Part shown: piece by piece, positions 10,723 through 24,436 of the stretch
Position numbering within the stretch: the stretch's first letter is position 1
How the letters are laid out: every line of letters begins with the position of its first letter
Assembly (NCBI GenBank): GCA_905250115.1
Contig: CAJNOI010000163.1
Span: 59,707 to 123,706, forward strand
Source of the DNA: Adineta steineri
Lineage: Eukaryota
Length of the DNA: 64,000 nucleotides
Direction of reading: 5' to 3'
Position numbers and translations under genes: made by a program
Notes under the pieces: generated by a model
What the model saw: the letters and a program-made list of their open reading frames with translations, nothing else
Told to the model about the DNA's origin: nothing
Database searches by the model: none

Positions 10723-11604
10723 TTATGAATATTTAAGTGATAAAAATGGTTCTATAGCCTCAGCAATTAATTCATGTACATTAGTTGTAAGATGAAAATT
10801 ATCTATAAAAACATATTTTGTTGGATCTTGACATAATTCTATCACTGTTGTAGTATTAAATTGTTTCCAACATCGATCGATAGTATTTGAAAACTTCATC
10901 CTAGATTGATTTGCAATGATTTTTGTCAGCAATGAATATGTATCAAATATTTGTATAGAACTTGTTGGATAAGATTTTTGTATTGTATTAAGATTTTCGA
11001 ATAGAATATTATTAGTTAGGATTGTCAATAAAGTAAAAAATATTGATTGATGAAATCTATTGACATATGGAAGTGTTTGTACAGGTGTTTGATTAAATAT
11101 AAGAAAATGTTTTGCACCAACAGCTAATAAATCTTTAATTGAATTCATTAAACTATGAATAATTTGTATTGGTGTTACAGTATGATCGAAAACAAAATCA
11201 TTTCCACTAGCCCATATAATGTGGAGTGTACGATTATGAGTAATTGTATTTTTATCAGTATGATTTAAATACATTTGAACTTGTTGACGAATACCTGGAA
11301 CGGCAATTGTGTTTAGAAGTGTATGACCTTTTATAAAATTATTATCCGTTGTTGCACTACCATAAGCATAATTAAATTTCTGTTTGATATCTAATCTATC
11401 AACCCAATTAGGACCATTAGAAAATCGACCTTGATAATAAGGTGGAACAGTAGGCCATACATAATTTGTTAATTTATAAGTATTTCCAGTATCTGAATAT
11501 GAATCACCAAAGATAACTATGTTATTATAACGATTTGTATTAAACTTTATTTTTAAAGTTAATGCTGAAGATATCAAGAAAATATGAATAAGGAAAATCG
11601 ACAT
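10723..11604 (-). CDS. Secreted GDSL/SGNH-family lipase or esterase, intronless.
   Basis: The real ATG maps to + strand 11602-11604 (the ORF-track start at 11625 is GTG). Signal peptide MSIFLIHIFLISSALT, then the GDSL block IVIFGDSYSDTGN, and a C-terminal DNFHLT catalytic D-x-x-H. Confidence 0.7.
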   Translation of the reverse strand: MSIFLIHIFLISSALTLKIKFNTNRYNNIVIFGDSYSDTGNTYKLTNYVWPTVPPYYQGRFSNGPNWVDRLDIKQKFNYAYGSATTDNNFIKGHTLLNTIAVPGIRQQVQMYLNHTDKNTITHNRTLHIIWASGNDFVFDHTVTPIQIIHSLMNSIKDLLAVGAKHFLIFNQTPVQTLPYVNRFHQSIFFTLLTILTNNILFENLNTIQKSYPTSSIQIFDTYSLLTKIIANQSRMKFSNTIDRCWKQFNTTTVIELCQDPTKYVFIDNFHLTTNVHELIAEAIEPFLSLKYS

Positions 11605-12592
11605 ATGATAAAATATTATGCACACGTAACCTTATTTTTCTTTACTGAAGCAACATGTTTATTTTACAATGTTTACTCAAGTGTATCAATTGATTTATAG
11701 TGGAGAAAAAAGAAGCAATCAGAACAAAATTTTATTTTATGTTTATTGGATATTATAATCTATCTATTTAAAGGATAGACAGATTATTTTAAATATATCG
11801 GTGGAATAATCTTTCTATATAATCGTAGTTTGAAATTATTTTACTATTTATATTTTTTGAATTGAAATAAAGATAATTGTCAAGTAACGCTTGTGTCTTG
11901 ACTTGTATTTAAATCTTTCTCGTCGAAGAAATGGACTATTAAATGATTCAAATCGATATAGAAACTCGATTCCTCACTCTCAGATACTTTGTATGAAGGC
12001 TTATGGACTTGATTGATTGTTTTTTTTTATATTTTATTCAACGAATTAAACTATTTTCATTGTGGAAAAAAACACAGTCTAATAAAATTTTACATATATA
12101 TTCACATTTATAAATCGATTTATTTAATCAAGTTTTAAACAAATACAGTTTATATTCTTATATTGAATTGCGTGCTTCAAGGTGATTCATTTCATAGATA
12201 AGAAATAAATGTAAAATATTATTGGATTACATCATAACAACGGTTTATCCAATCATTAAATACAACAATTACTATTAGTTTTATTACTTTGTGCCTGTTT
12301 CTTTATCCTAGTTTGGATCTATTATAACTTTTTTGTATTGTTTTCAATGTAGTCTTCTATCATATTTTATGTTATATATTTTTTCTTTTTCTTTCGTTCT
12401 CTCATTACACTTTATCAAGCAAGTATAAAAGAATGATTAATACTATTTGACCCACTCTATATGATATATAAGAAATGGTAAGTGCAACAAACTGTAATAA
12501 AAAAAATTATTCTCATATTAATGTATATTTTATTAATACAGATAAATAGGAATATCTTTTAGATTAGTCGAGTATTTTTTTGAATCTAAATC

Positions 12593-14036
12593 ATGGGTAA
12601 ATTACGTATAGCAATTATTGGTGCTGGTCCATGTGGTCTTGCACAATTATCAGCATTTAAACAAGCTGAACAAGAACAACAAGTTGAATTAGTCTGTTTC
12701 GACAGACAATCGGATTGGGGTGGTCTATGGTTGTATACATCAAAAATTGGTATCGATGTTAATGGTGAACCAGTTCATTCAAGCATGTATCGTCAGTAAG
12801 TAATAAATATATATGGAAAATTTCAGACAAAATAAAATTATCTTTAGTCTTTGGTCAAACAATCCAAAAGAATTATTTGAATATCCTGACTATACATTCT
12901 ATAATCATTTTGGTTGTTATCTACCATCACATTTACCACGTGTTCTTATCTATGATTATTTTATTGGTAGAGCAAAAGCAAATAATCTTCGACAATTTAT
13001 TCGTTTCAATACAGCTGTTCGTCATGTTGATTTTAATGATGATAAAAAAGAATTTTCTGTTGAAATTGAAGATTTAAATACAAATTCATTTGAATGTTTA
13101 TCATTCGATCGTGTTATTGTAGCCAATGGTCATTACCATATGCCGAATATGATTGCTATTGATGGATTAGATCAATATCCAGGTCGAGTTATTCATTCAC
13201 ATGAATTTCGTGGTGCAGATGAATTTAAAAATCAGAATTTATTAATTATTGGTAGTAGTTTTTCTGCAGATGATATTGCTGTACAATGTTATAAATTTGG
13301 TGCTAAATCAATAACAGTGAGTTGTCGTCAAAAACCAATAGGATATAAATGGCCTTCTGCAATAAAAGATGCAGCAATGATTACTCGTATAGATGGTCAA
13401 ACAGCTCATTTTAATGATGGCTCAAGCGTTGATAATATTGATGCAATTATAATTTGTACTGGTTATCGTCATTCATATCCATTTATGTCTAGACGATTAT
13501 GTTTACAAGCTGATGTTACTGAATTTGTTCCAGCGAATCTTTATAAAAGTATTTTTTGGATTGATCAACCATTTGTTGCATATTTAGGTGCTCCGAGACA
13601 AATTTTTTCATTTCCGTTATTTGATGGACAAGCTGCACTTGTACGTGATGTTTTTCTTGGTCATATTAAATTACCAGATAAAAATGAAATGAAAATCGAT
13701 GTAGACAAATGGCGAACAAGAGAAAAATCTATGTCTCCTACTGATTTCTTTGCTATGGTTGATCTTCAAACTGATTATATGAAGGATATTATTAACTTAT
13801 TACATACTTATAAAAATAATCAATCTTTATTAACATTTGATTTTGATAAAGGTGGTGAGATGACAAAGAGATTTCTAACAAATAAAGTAAATGATATACT
13901 TCATTATCGTGATGCATCTTATGAATCGATTGTTGATACAAACCACAGTAAAACCATTGATATTTGCAAATCATGGATTGAAAATATGGATGATTCAATG
14001 GAAAACTTATTAAATGATTATCGAAAGATATTATAA
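12593..14036 (+). CDS. Flavin-containing monooxygenase (FMO), two exons (12593 to about 12791 and about 12855 to 14036).
   Basis: FAD Rossmann motif [16 protein letters not shown]…SSMYR at the exon 1 end, then after a roughly 62-bp intron [17 protein letters not shown] (FMO-identifying region), NADPH motif [14 protein letters not shown], and FATGY-like [11 protein letters not shown]. Confidence 0.75.
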
Positions 14037-14287
14037 TAAATTGTAGACTTTTTTTATTTTCTTTTTCCATAAAAATTATGTTAGAATAAAATAAATTAGG
14101 AACTAATTTTTCACTCTGTTAGTAAAAGTTGCGACTGATTCATAAAATACAACATTCAAAAAACTGTAGGTTACATATAAATTCAAGTAAAAGTTTAATT
14201 TTGTATTTAGACGATAAACTACTTTCAAAATAATTACTATTGCATATGTCTTAAATACAATCGAATTAATATTTTATTGATATATAA

Positions 14288-14545
14288 ATGACTGTCCATT
14301 TCAAAATGCTATTTTTTGAATAATTTTCCATAGGAACAAGATGAAGAATTTCGGTTTTCATCGTTGAAAGGAACTAATCAGTGACACCCTCTTTTTCTAA
14401 ACGCTTTAGATAATAGTTTTAGAAAAATTTTGTTTATATAAATGTTGATGTCTCTATGCAACGATGAAAACCGCAGCTCTTCATCTTGTTTCTATCAAGG
14501 GTTACTCAAAAATTATTTACCCACCTTTTATTTTGAAATGGACAC
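14288..14545. mobile_element. Foldback (long-TIR hairpin) element of about 260 bp.
   Basis: Left arm tgactgtccatttcaaaatgc…ggaacaagatgaagaatttcggttttcatcgttg. Right arm is its near-exact reverse complement (caacgatgaaaaccgcagctcttcatcttgtttc…ttttgaaatggacactg). Arms of about 100 bp at about 85% identity. No ORF. Confidence 0.6.
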
Positions 14546-15292
14546 TGTTTGCTTATATAAATTCATTATATTGTATATCGAATATAATTAAATTGGTAAT
14601 CTGGACAAGGAATATAATTGAGTCAAATCAACATTATAAGTAACTTTTAATAGTATATTCAGTGGTTATAAGATAAATGACAAAAAACGACCTCGTTAAA
14701 CAATAATATCAAAGATCATTTCTCGAGTAATCTTTTTTTTTGTTTTATATAATATATGTTATTTACACTTAACGTCATGAATTTCGAATAAAAAGAAGCA
14801 ACATACTCAGTCAGAGTAAGAAAGTAAATATATAAAGAATGATCAAAGTTCAAAAATTTAAAGATATGGTTTACTAGAATATATCAAGATAAAATTTCCA
14901 GGTATATGATTCATTTAATTATTTTACAGCGAAACTTTGACTTTTAGAAGACGAAAAAAAAGAGTGTCGTTATTTCTAAATCTTTATCATTTTCAAGATA
15001 ATGTATGAAAATGGCAAGAGCAAAGTACAGGAGGAGAAAAGAAATAGTGAATATCTTATCACTAGTAGAATTTGTATCATGATAATGACCATGAAAGTCT
15101 TCTCTTTAAATATTTTATCATCATATAAAAAGTCTCACTATTGTTGATATATATATATACGTTTTTATTTTAATAAATATAATATTTTAAATTATTATTT
15201 TAGATTCATTGAAATGCAAACATCTTTGAAGTATATATATTTATTAACAATTCTTTTTATGATATTTATTAAATTTTAGTTCACGTACTCCA

Positions 15293-18200
15293 TTGGTCAT
15301 ACCTGACTCTCAGCCAAAAAGTTACAATCGTTGGCTACTTGTTGTAATTGTTATTCTACTTTCCTTAGCTATCGCTTTGGGTATTTTATATGGATTAGAA
15401 AAATCTAAAATCAAACCATCTCCACCTACACCTACATCTACACCTACACCCCGTAATATCTTTCATTTATTTTTTTTATAAAAATATAAATTAATTTCAT
15501 TTTCAGAGTACGATGATCTATGTTTAACACCCTTTTGTGTCAAAGCAGGTATATATATATAATATATTTGTGAAATAACAATTTTTTAAAAATTTATTAT
15601 TTTAGCGGATTATATATTGGATTCTATTGATGAAACAGCTGAGCCTTGTGAAGATTTTTATCAATTTGCATGTGGATCATGGTTAAAAAGTGCGCGTATT
15701 CCGGAAGAAAGTAAGTTTATATTTTGTTTTTTTTGTCAAAAATATAGAAAAATATTATGTTTTAATAGCTGGTGTTCAAAATACCTTTAATCAGTTAGAT
15801 CAACAATTGGATTTAAATGTTATTGGTATGTTTAAATAATTAATGTCTTAAAAATTTCTAACCTTATTTTATTATTAAGATCTTTTATCTTCAACAACAG
15901 TACCTGATACAACAGCAGCTGTTGCTCATGCACGTGAATTATATGCTTCATGTATGAATGAAACTAAAATTGAATTAGATGGTGTTGAAGCTGTACTTAC
16001 CATTGTCAACAATGAATTTGGTGGTTGGCCTATTTTACAACCTCCATCACGCAGTGTTCCTGGCTTTGATTTGACAGAACTTTTACTTAAATTACGTAAA
16101 TATGATAATGGTATAATTTTTAGTATTGCTACAGCAACTAATCAAGAAAATTCATCAGCATATGATATTGAAGTAAAACAAATATTGATTTATTTTTGAA
16201 AAATTTTTAAAGAAATTATTTTAGCTTGGACAAGGTACTCTTGGTTTACAAGAAACAGAATATTATAATAATGAAACCGCTATTACTGCAGCTTATCGTC
16301 AGTTTATGATAGATTTGGCTTCAGCATTAACAAATAATTCCATGGCAGCAATTAAAACTGATGTTGATGAAATATTTGCATTAGAAAAAATTATTTCTCA
16401 AGTAATTTAGGTTTTTGAATAGTATTTTATATTAGGAAATATTTATTTTATTTAGTATCATTGGTCTGCTTCAGAACAACGTCTTCGAGATAATGAAACC
16501 ATACGAACAACTGTTGGTGGCCTTGCTGCAGCATTTCCATCATCTGTAAGAATTTATTTCAAATAATCTACTTTATTTTTATAATTTATTCTAATATTTA
16601 GTTTAATTTTACTGATTATGTTCGTCAATCATATCTTCTTGCTAATGTAACTTTACTTGATACAGATGTTATATCTGTTAGTGAAGTTGCTTATTTAGTA
16701 AATGTTTCATCTATTCTTCAAGCTGCTCCAGCACATACTGTTCAAAATTACTTAGTTTGGCGTTTCATGATGAATCGAGCAAATAATATGCCAAGTCGAA
16801 TTCGTAATACTCGTATACAATTTGATCGAGTTTTTAAAGGAACTAGTGCTGAACCAACACGTGCAGTAATCTGTTCAAATTATGTTAATGATAATATGGG
16901 TTTTGCTGTTTCAAGACTTTATGTTAAAAAATATTTTGATGATAATGCTCGTACACAATCAAAAGATATTATTAAAAATATTCGAGCTTCAATGACAAAA
17001 ATGCTTGAAGACGCTTCATGGATGGATGCAGATTCAAAAGCTAAAGCTGTTGATAAAGTAATAAAACATTTACTTGTTTTTTTCTTGACAAAAATATATT
17101 GACAAATTTAGGCCGCAGCTATTTATGAAAATATTGGTTATCCTGATTATATTGCTAGTGACAATACAACACAATTGGAAAAAATGTATGCTGAAGTAAG
17201 AAATAATATTTAAAAAAAAATTTTAGAATTCCTATTATATTTGTATTTTTTATAGTATATATTTGATACATCATATATTAAAAATGTTCTTCTGATGCAA
17301 CAAGTTAAAGCTCGAGAAGATTTTCGAACACTTCATGAAGCTGTTGATCATCGTGCATGGGGTGATCTTCCTCCAACTGTAGTCAATGCTTTCTATGAAC
17401 CATCAACAAATGCTATTTGTAAAGTCTTTTTATTTTAAATTCTTATATTCTCTAATAATTTATTTATTTCTATAGCTTTTCCAGCTGGTATTTTACAAAT
17501 GCCATTTTTTAACAAAGATGCACCAAAGTAAAATAATCTTTTTTTTTTCTTTAAAAATCATTTATTTTATATTTTTATTCTAGATATCTTAATTATGGTG
17601 GTACGTAATTATCTGATTATTATTATTTGAAAGGTTATGATTATTGATTTAGGTATTGGTATGGTTATTGGTCATGAAATAACACATGGATTTGATGATG
17701 ATGGTCGGCAATATGATAAAAATGGAAATCGAATCCCTTGGTGGACAAATACTACCATTACACAATTTAATGAACGTAAACAATGTATTATTGATCAATA
17801 TAGCAACTATACAGTCGCACAAATTCATAAAAATGTATTTTAATTTCTCATAATTATTTATTTAATTAAAAGAATTTTCTTTTTCAGTTAAATGGTGATC
17901 AAACACAAGGAGAAAATATTGCTGATAATGGTGGAATCAAAAGTTCATTCTTTGTAAATAAATTCTATTTTGATTTTATAACTTAGAAAAAAATTATTTC
18001 TTCTAGGCTTATCAAAATTGGGCTAAAGAAAATCCAAATGTCGATAAAAGATTACCAGGTTTAAGTAAATATTCTCAAGAACAAATGTTTTTCATTGGAT
18101 ACGCTCATGGATGGTGTGCAAAATTCACTGATGCTTATGCATTAAATCGAGTTTTAACTGATGTTCACTCAATTCCACAATTTCGGTATTTCTATTTTTT

Positions 18201-18339
18201 TTCAAGTTTTTGATGATAAGTTCGTTTTTTTATTTATAGAGTTCTTGGTCCATTATCCAATTTTGCTGAATTCGATCGTGTGTTTAAATGTACACCTGGT
18301 CAAGGAAACAGTCGTGTTAACAAATGTTCAGTTTGGTAG
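15293..18339 (+). CDS. M13-family zinc metallopeptidase (neprilysin / endothelin-converting-enzyme-like), type II membrane protein, about 14 exons.
   Basis: N-terminal signal anchor [31 protein letters not shown] cysteine region; zinc-binding [22 protein letters not shown] (HExxH); [14 protein letters not shown]-terminal …[16 protein letters not shown] stop (18337-18339). Introns 50-70 bp. Confidence 0.8.
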
Positions 18340-18663
18340 TCTCCATATATCCTATTGACATTGAATTAAATAAATAAAATAAATTGTTTTTTTTTTATTA
18401 TTATTATATGTGACGTGAAGAGAATAAAAAAAAGAAAAAGAAATAATATTCTATTAAAATACACGGAACAAAGAAAAAGAATGACTTTTAAAAAACATTA
18501 CTATAATGTTTCCATTTTCTTGATTATAATATTTTCTTTCTAAGTGTTTACCATGGTAATGTCTATATACTACTCTTCAAAATAAAGTCATTTCTTTTTC
18601 CTCATTTAAAAAGCATGTCCTCATATTGTTAACTTCAAACAGATCAGTATCATAAGAAAAATT

Positions 18664-21600
18664 ATGTCGAGAACTAAAGTCGAGCGTAAATATGTATGTG
18701 AATTTTATTTTATTTTTCCAGTAGAAATATATTTTTTGCTAATAGAATCCTGCTCAATATGATTCTGCATTTGATTCACTTCCGATTAATTCTCGTCGAT
18801 GTGTTGTCTTTTCTCCTGACAAGTAATAAGACATATTTTAAATAAAAATATTTAATTGATTATTATTCTTCAGTCCAAATAAGAAATTATGCCATTGTAA
18901 TCGAGCTGCAAATGAACATCCTGAAATAGATAATCAATCGAGAGAGAATGAACAATGGCGATTAGATACTCATACAATTAAAGAACCTAACAAAGAACAA
19001 GGTGTTTGTTTAACTAATGGAGCACCGGTATGAACAAAAAATAAAATAAATAAATTATATTGTTTATTTTCAATTGTATAGTATGTTCGATGTGATATTG
19101 AAACTGATCCAACTGTTGTTGAAACAATTCTTTTGGATATTTGGAAGATACCACGGCCAGCACTTTTAATGCAAATAATTGGTGGACATAAATATTTTAA
19201 ATTACAAGGAAAAATGGGAGATACTTTTCTTGATGATTTAGTGAAATTTGTAAGCAAATCAAGTAAGAATAAATTTTTTATTTTTATGTTTATATTGATT
19301 GGAAGTAAATTTTTGAAGACACTTGGTTACTTACAAGTGGAGCTAACGTTGGTATTGTTCAACTTCTTGGACAGACAATTCGCAAACGAAAATTAACCAA
19401 ACCACTAGATAAAACCGTAGCAATTGGTGTTTGTAATTATGGATGTATTAAAAATATAAAAGATTTTCAACGATTAGAACCAAATAATTTATCTTTAATT
19501 GAAAGTCAGGATTTAGTAAGTAGTTAAATCAAGAATTTTGAGTAAAATCTAAGAATTAAAAAAAAAAAGTTTATACAAATTATAAGAAAATATCTCCAGA
19601 GAGAGAAAAAAATGTAAAATATATTAGTAGTTCTTATTTAAAAAAAACGTTTCTTTTTCTATAGAAAAATGTGAATCAATGGCGAGCTGGTGAACAAAGT
19701 TTAGAAATGAATCATACACATTTTTTATTACTTGATGATGGAACAATTCGATATTTTGATATAGGTGATTATCGTACTCGTTTAGTAAAAACTATTGCAC
19801 ATAAACACACAAATCAAACTTTACCAAGTATAATTTATATTATTTTTCAAACAAAAAAAAATAATCAATTAAAATCTTTATATTTTAGTACCAATTGTAA
19901 CATTATTATTCGAAGGTGGTGAAGATTCAATTCGATCGATCTATAATGATCTTCGTAGAAATATTCCCATCATTATTATTAATGTAAATTATTCTAGTAA
20001 TAGAAAACTTATTATTTTATCTTTTAGAATACTGCTCGTATTGCTGATTATCTTGTTCGATGGTTATCAAGAACAACAGAAATGGATCTTGATGTTGATT
20101 GGACAAATCCAGTTGATATTAATGATTATATAATATCAAACAATTCAAATAATTTAGATTCTACTACGAATCCATCTAACAACTCTAATCAAAATCCGTA
20201 CGTAATATATTTAGAATTTATATACGACTTTTTTAATTTTATTACGCGAATACATAATAAGATGCCTGCCCTATAATGTCGCATATAGCAACTCCATCTT
20301 GGACTCAGTGAGGGGTTGGCAGGGGCGACGATTGTGGCGAAAAATCAGTTTTTGAAGTATCTTCGAAGTAGTATGTCATCTTTTTTAACGGCTTTTACTG
20401 AGAAAAAAGAATCGCGAAGGAATGACGGTCACCAATCACTGCGTTTGCCATTGCTTTGATTTAATTCTAACACCTCGGCTAATGGTTCTTCGTTTACTTG
20501 ATCTAATCAATAAATAATTTTCAAAGTTTTACTATGTATTCGCGTAATAAAACTAAAAATATTATGGCTAAGACTTTTGGTATATTTTTATTATTTAGTT
20601 TATTCGTAAAATTTGAAAAATATATCGATTCAATGAGTGATGAATTATTTCAAGCAATCAATGGTACTGATCAAAATCGTTCAAGAAAAATTATAATAAC
20701 AGATAATTTAAAAACAATTAATAATAATATTCTTCTTATGATTCTATATTGTTTACAACCAAAAGTTCGATCAAAAATAAGTATATTTGATTATAATAAA
20801 AATGAAAAATTATCTGAAACAATTCTTCGAAGTATTTGTAAATGTAAGAATTTGCTAATTAAATGTCTTATTTTTTTTCTATTTATTTTTTATAGCTGTT
20901 GAAATTAAAATTCATAAAAAGAAATCAAATTTAAAAAAAACTGATAATTTTATACCACATTTCGATCATCTACTTGAATTAGCAATTGATTGGGATTGTA
21001 TAAATACAGCAAAAGAATGGATTGTTCAAGATTCTCTCGATAATATTTATGATAAAAAATCTATATTTTTTCGAGCATTAACAAAACAACGACATAAATT
21101 TGTTCATTATTTTATTCAACTAGGATCTGAAATTGATGAAATATTTTTTCATCCAAAATTAAATCCATTTGCTTCAAGAAATAATAATAAACGTTATCAA
21201 GAATTCATATCATTATTATACACTGAAGAAGCTATTGTATGTATATGTCCTAGGGGAGATTAAATTTTGAAGGGTGCCAATGTGGGTGTGGGTGGGTGGG
21301 TATGGGTGTGGGTTGGGTGGATGTGGATTAGGTGTGGGCTGGGTGTGAGTATGATATTGGATGCGCTGGATCCACACCCATACTGACACCCTTCAAATTT
21401 TAATGTCCCCTAGGACAAATTAAAATCTTCAACTTTTAGTAGGAAATGTATGGAAAAAAACTATAATTTTAATTTCCCCTATAATATATATATAATAGTT
21501 AATGAATATTTCTATTTATTATTATTAGAATCGTGAAGATTGGTTACTTCGAAATATAATTCAAACTACAAATGATCGAAATGAAAAAATAATTTGTTCA

Positions 21601-24355
21601 ACTGATGATCTTAATCAATTATTTCGAGATCTTATTGGTGGTTATATCAAAAAGCTTTATTATGATACACAAATTGAAGAAGAAGAAGATCGTATGGGTA
21701 TTAAACATTTTACAAATATAATATCACCAATGCCTGATATTGAACAAGGACAATTAGTTCATACGGAAATTATTTATAAACAATTAGCAAAAGATTATAT
21801 TATTCGAGATCTTTTTCTTTGGGCTATCGCTATGAATTATATGGAACTTGCTAAAGTATTTCTTGCTCATATGAAAGATCGTATATGTGGAGCTTTAATA
21901 GCAACTGAAATTCTTTCACATTTACGTGATAAATCATCCGATGCTGTTTATGGTGATATTAAAGTTGATCTTACACGTTGGATTAAATATTTTGAACAAT
22001 ATGCACTTAATTGTATGGATTTATGTTTTAAAAATGATCCAAATATGGCACAAATATTAACTGTACAACGTGTAGAAGCGTTTGGTGATGTAACTTGTTT
22101 ACAGGTTAAAGAAAAAACAAAATTTTAAAACAAAAAATATTTGAATAATTTTTTCTATTAGGTAGCTGATGATGCAAATAGTAAACGATTTGCTTCACAT
22201 CCTTGTTGTAGACAAGCAGAGAATAGTATTTGGTATGATAAATTACATTCTGATCAATTTCATATACGTTATTATATCGGACAAGTAATTGGGATATGGA
22301 CATTAGGTTTACTTGCACCATTTACAGCGCGGTTTCGGTCTGTAAATCAAGTAAGAATTCTTTTGTTTTTCTATAACAAATTTTCGTTTTTTTTGTTATT
22401 GAAAGAACCCACTGCCAACTGAACCAACGTAAATAAAAATAAATAATTTTATTCAATAATAGTTTTTGTTTTTCTGTACTATATTTAGTTTACAACCATA
22501 TGGTATTAATTATTGTGATTCATATGCTATTAATCATTTTGATAACAATATTACTAAAAAATTGTATCAAATCTGGCAATTTCATCAATCTTTACATATT
22601 AAATTTACCTATCATCATGTATGATTTATTAAATAGATAATATAATTTATAAAATATTCTATTTTTTTTAGATTCAATATACAGTTTTTTTATTTTTATT
22701 CAGTTATGTTTTATTATTTAGTTTTGAACCAATTTATGATGATAAATCAAGCATTCATCTAGCAGAAATTTATGTTATTTTAAGCGTTACATGCATGCTT
22801 ATCGAAGAAATTCGTATTGTAATTTAAAACAAAAAAAAGAAATTTTTTTATTTTCTCGTATTTAGTTTTTTAGCCAAGATAGTCTTTCATTGATGGGCAA
22901 ATGTTATAATTATTTTGGTTATTTTTTCAAACAATTATGTTTAATTTCATTTCTTTTATTTTATATTGGTTTAATCTTACGATTTAAAGCTAATGGTTAT
23001 TCTGAAACTTTTCAAGCAGCTAGGTAAATTAGTTTTAAAATCATAAATAATTAAAAAACTTTTTTTTAATAGAGTTTTTTTGGGTTATGATTTATGGTTA
23101 TGGTGGATGAGATCTCTTTCATTCATTACAGTTAGTCCATTTCTTGGACCTCATTTAGTATCAATTGGAAAAATGGTAAGACATATACTAACGAGGGAAC
23201 ATACCAAACTGTCGGAGAGTGTGGGTGAGAGGAAAGAGAAGATCTACACCCACACCCACACCCTATGATAAAAAAATAGTTTTTGTATTTTAGTTAAAAA
23301 ATTTAGCATTTTTTGCTATATTTATCGCTGTTATGATGACTGCATATGGTGTAGCTTCACGATCGATGGCTTTTTATGGTACATTCCCATTTACTGGTCG
23401 AGAAATATTTAAATCCATTCTATATCCTGTTTATTATCTGCTCTATACAAATTTATCGGGTGAATTAAGTGGATTAGATGGTATATATATACATATATTG
23501 TAAAATACTCTGATGATGATGATGATGATTGATATTTTAGAATCGACCTATGATACTACAAGTATTGCTACGCATGTATTACTTGCTTTTCATATGCTTT
23601 TAATTAATGTTCTACTTGTTAATTTATTAATTGCAATGTTCAAGTATATTATTTGATTTTTTGTTTTCTACTATTGAATATTTTGTATTCTATATAATTT
23701 TAGTCAAAGTTTTCAAGATGTTCAATCGATTCAAACTGATATTTGGAATTATCAACAATATGCTGTTGTTAGAGAATATTATGATCGACCACCGTTATTC
23801 CTTCCATTCAGTACAATATTTGATATTATTGCTCTGATTAAAATGTTTTATCATTGGTATCTTCGAGTACGTTATAATTATGCTAATCCATTACAACGTG
23901 TATTTAGTAAGCTAAATTACCGAAGAAATGATAATTATTTTTAATGATTTTTGTTTTAGAAGTGATTGCTGTTCAACCAGAACTTGAACTTGTTTGGCAA
24001 GAATTTGAAAGTGCATCAACATATGCTTATGCACAACGTGAAGCATTGACTAAAATCGATAGGTGATTAAATATAAATAAAAGAAATTATTTTTGTATGA
24101 AATTTCTTATTTTTAGAGGAACCGTGGAAAATGATTCTGTTTCACGAGAATCCGGAGGTACAAGTGGAGATTCATCAGGAAGTAATAATCGAAAAGAAAA
24201 TGATGCAATTACGCAACTACGCAATGAATTTAAAATAGCAATTAGAGATATTCGAAATGATGTATGTTTAATGAAAATAATTATTAATCTTTTAGAACAT
24301 ACAATTATTTTTTTTCTTTAATTTTCAGATACGTCTTATCGCGAAACAAAAATGA
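18664..24355 (+). CDS. TRPM-type (melastatin-like) cation channel gene of more than 20 exons. It spans repeat-bearing introns.
   Basis: Proposed start MSRTKVERKY|NPAQYDSAFDSLPINSRRCVVFSPDNPNKKLCHCNRAANEHPE (compare the TRPM N-terminus ECVYF…CQCGY..HE). MHR region YVRCDIETDPTVVETILLDIWKIPRPALLMQIIGGHKYFKLQ…; LELAIDWDCINTAKEWIV (compare LELAMEWNRVDIAK). Pore/TRP region TSIATHVLLAFHMLLINVLLVNLLIAMF. C-terminus ends IRLIAKQK at about 24355. Two MITEs lie in its introns. Confidence 0.75.
20238..20560. mobile_element. MITE-like insertion of about 320 bp within a TRPM intron, with TIR TTTTATTACGCGAATACATAATAAG.
   Basis: 20238-20262 ttttattacgcgaatacataataag is the exact reverse complement of 20536-20560 cttattatgtattcgcgtaataaaa. 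The interior is GC-richer than the flanks and non-coding. Confidence 0.55.
21249..21415. mobile_element. Hairpin MITE of about 165 bp with 28-bp TIRs and a degenerate TGTGGG-like (telomere-motif) core, in a TRPM intron.
   Basis: TIR cctaggggagattaaattttgaagggtg … cacccttcaaattttaatgtcccctagg. Interior gtgggtgtgggtgggtgggtatgggtgtgggttgggtgg. Confidence 0.65.
23215..23268. repeat. Telomere-motif micro-hairpin (gtgtgggtg…cacccacacccacaccc).
   Basis: Inverted TGTGGG-like and CCCACA-like arms around a short spacer, in a TRPM intron. Confidence 0.5.
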
Positions 24356-24436
24356 TCTTGTATCAATAAACATGACGCTTTTTTTATAAAAAAAAAAACT
24401 CTCATATGCAGTTTATAATATTTTTCTTTTGTATTA

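Noticed and set aside
20534-20902. ORF 20534..20902 called as an independent 122-aa protein
   Set aside because: Its 5' part lies in the MITE TIR or intron. Only the downstream portion (…ELFQAINGTDQNRS…) is an in-frame TRPM exon.
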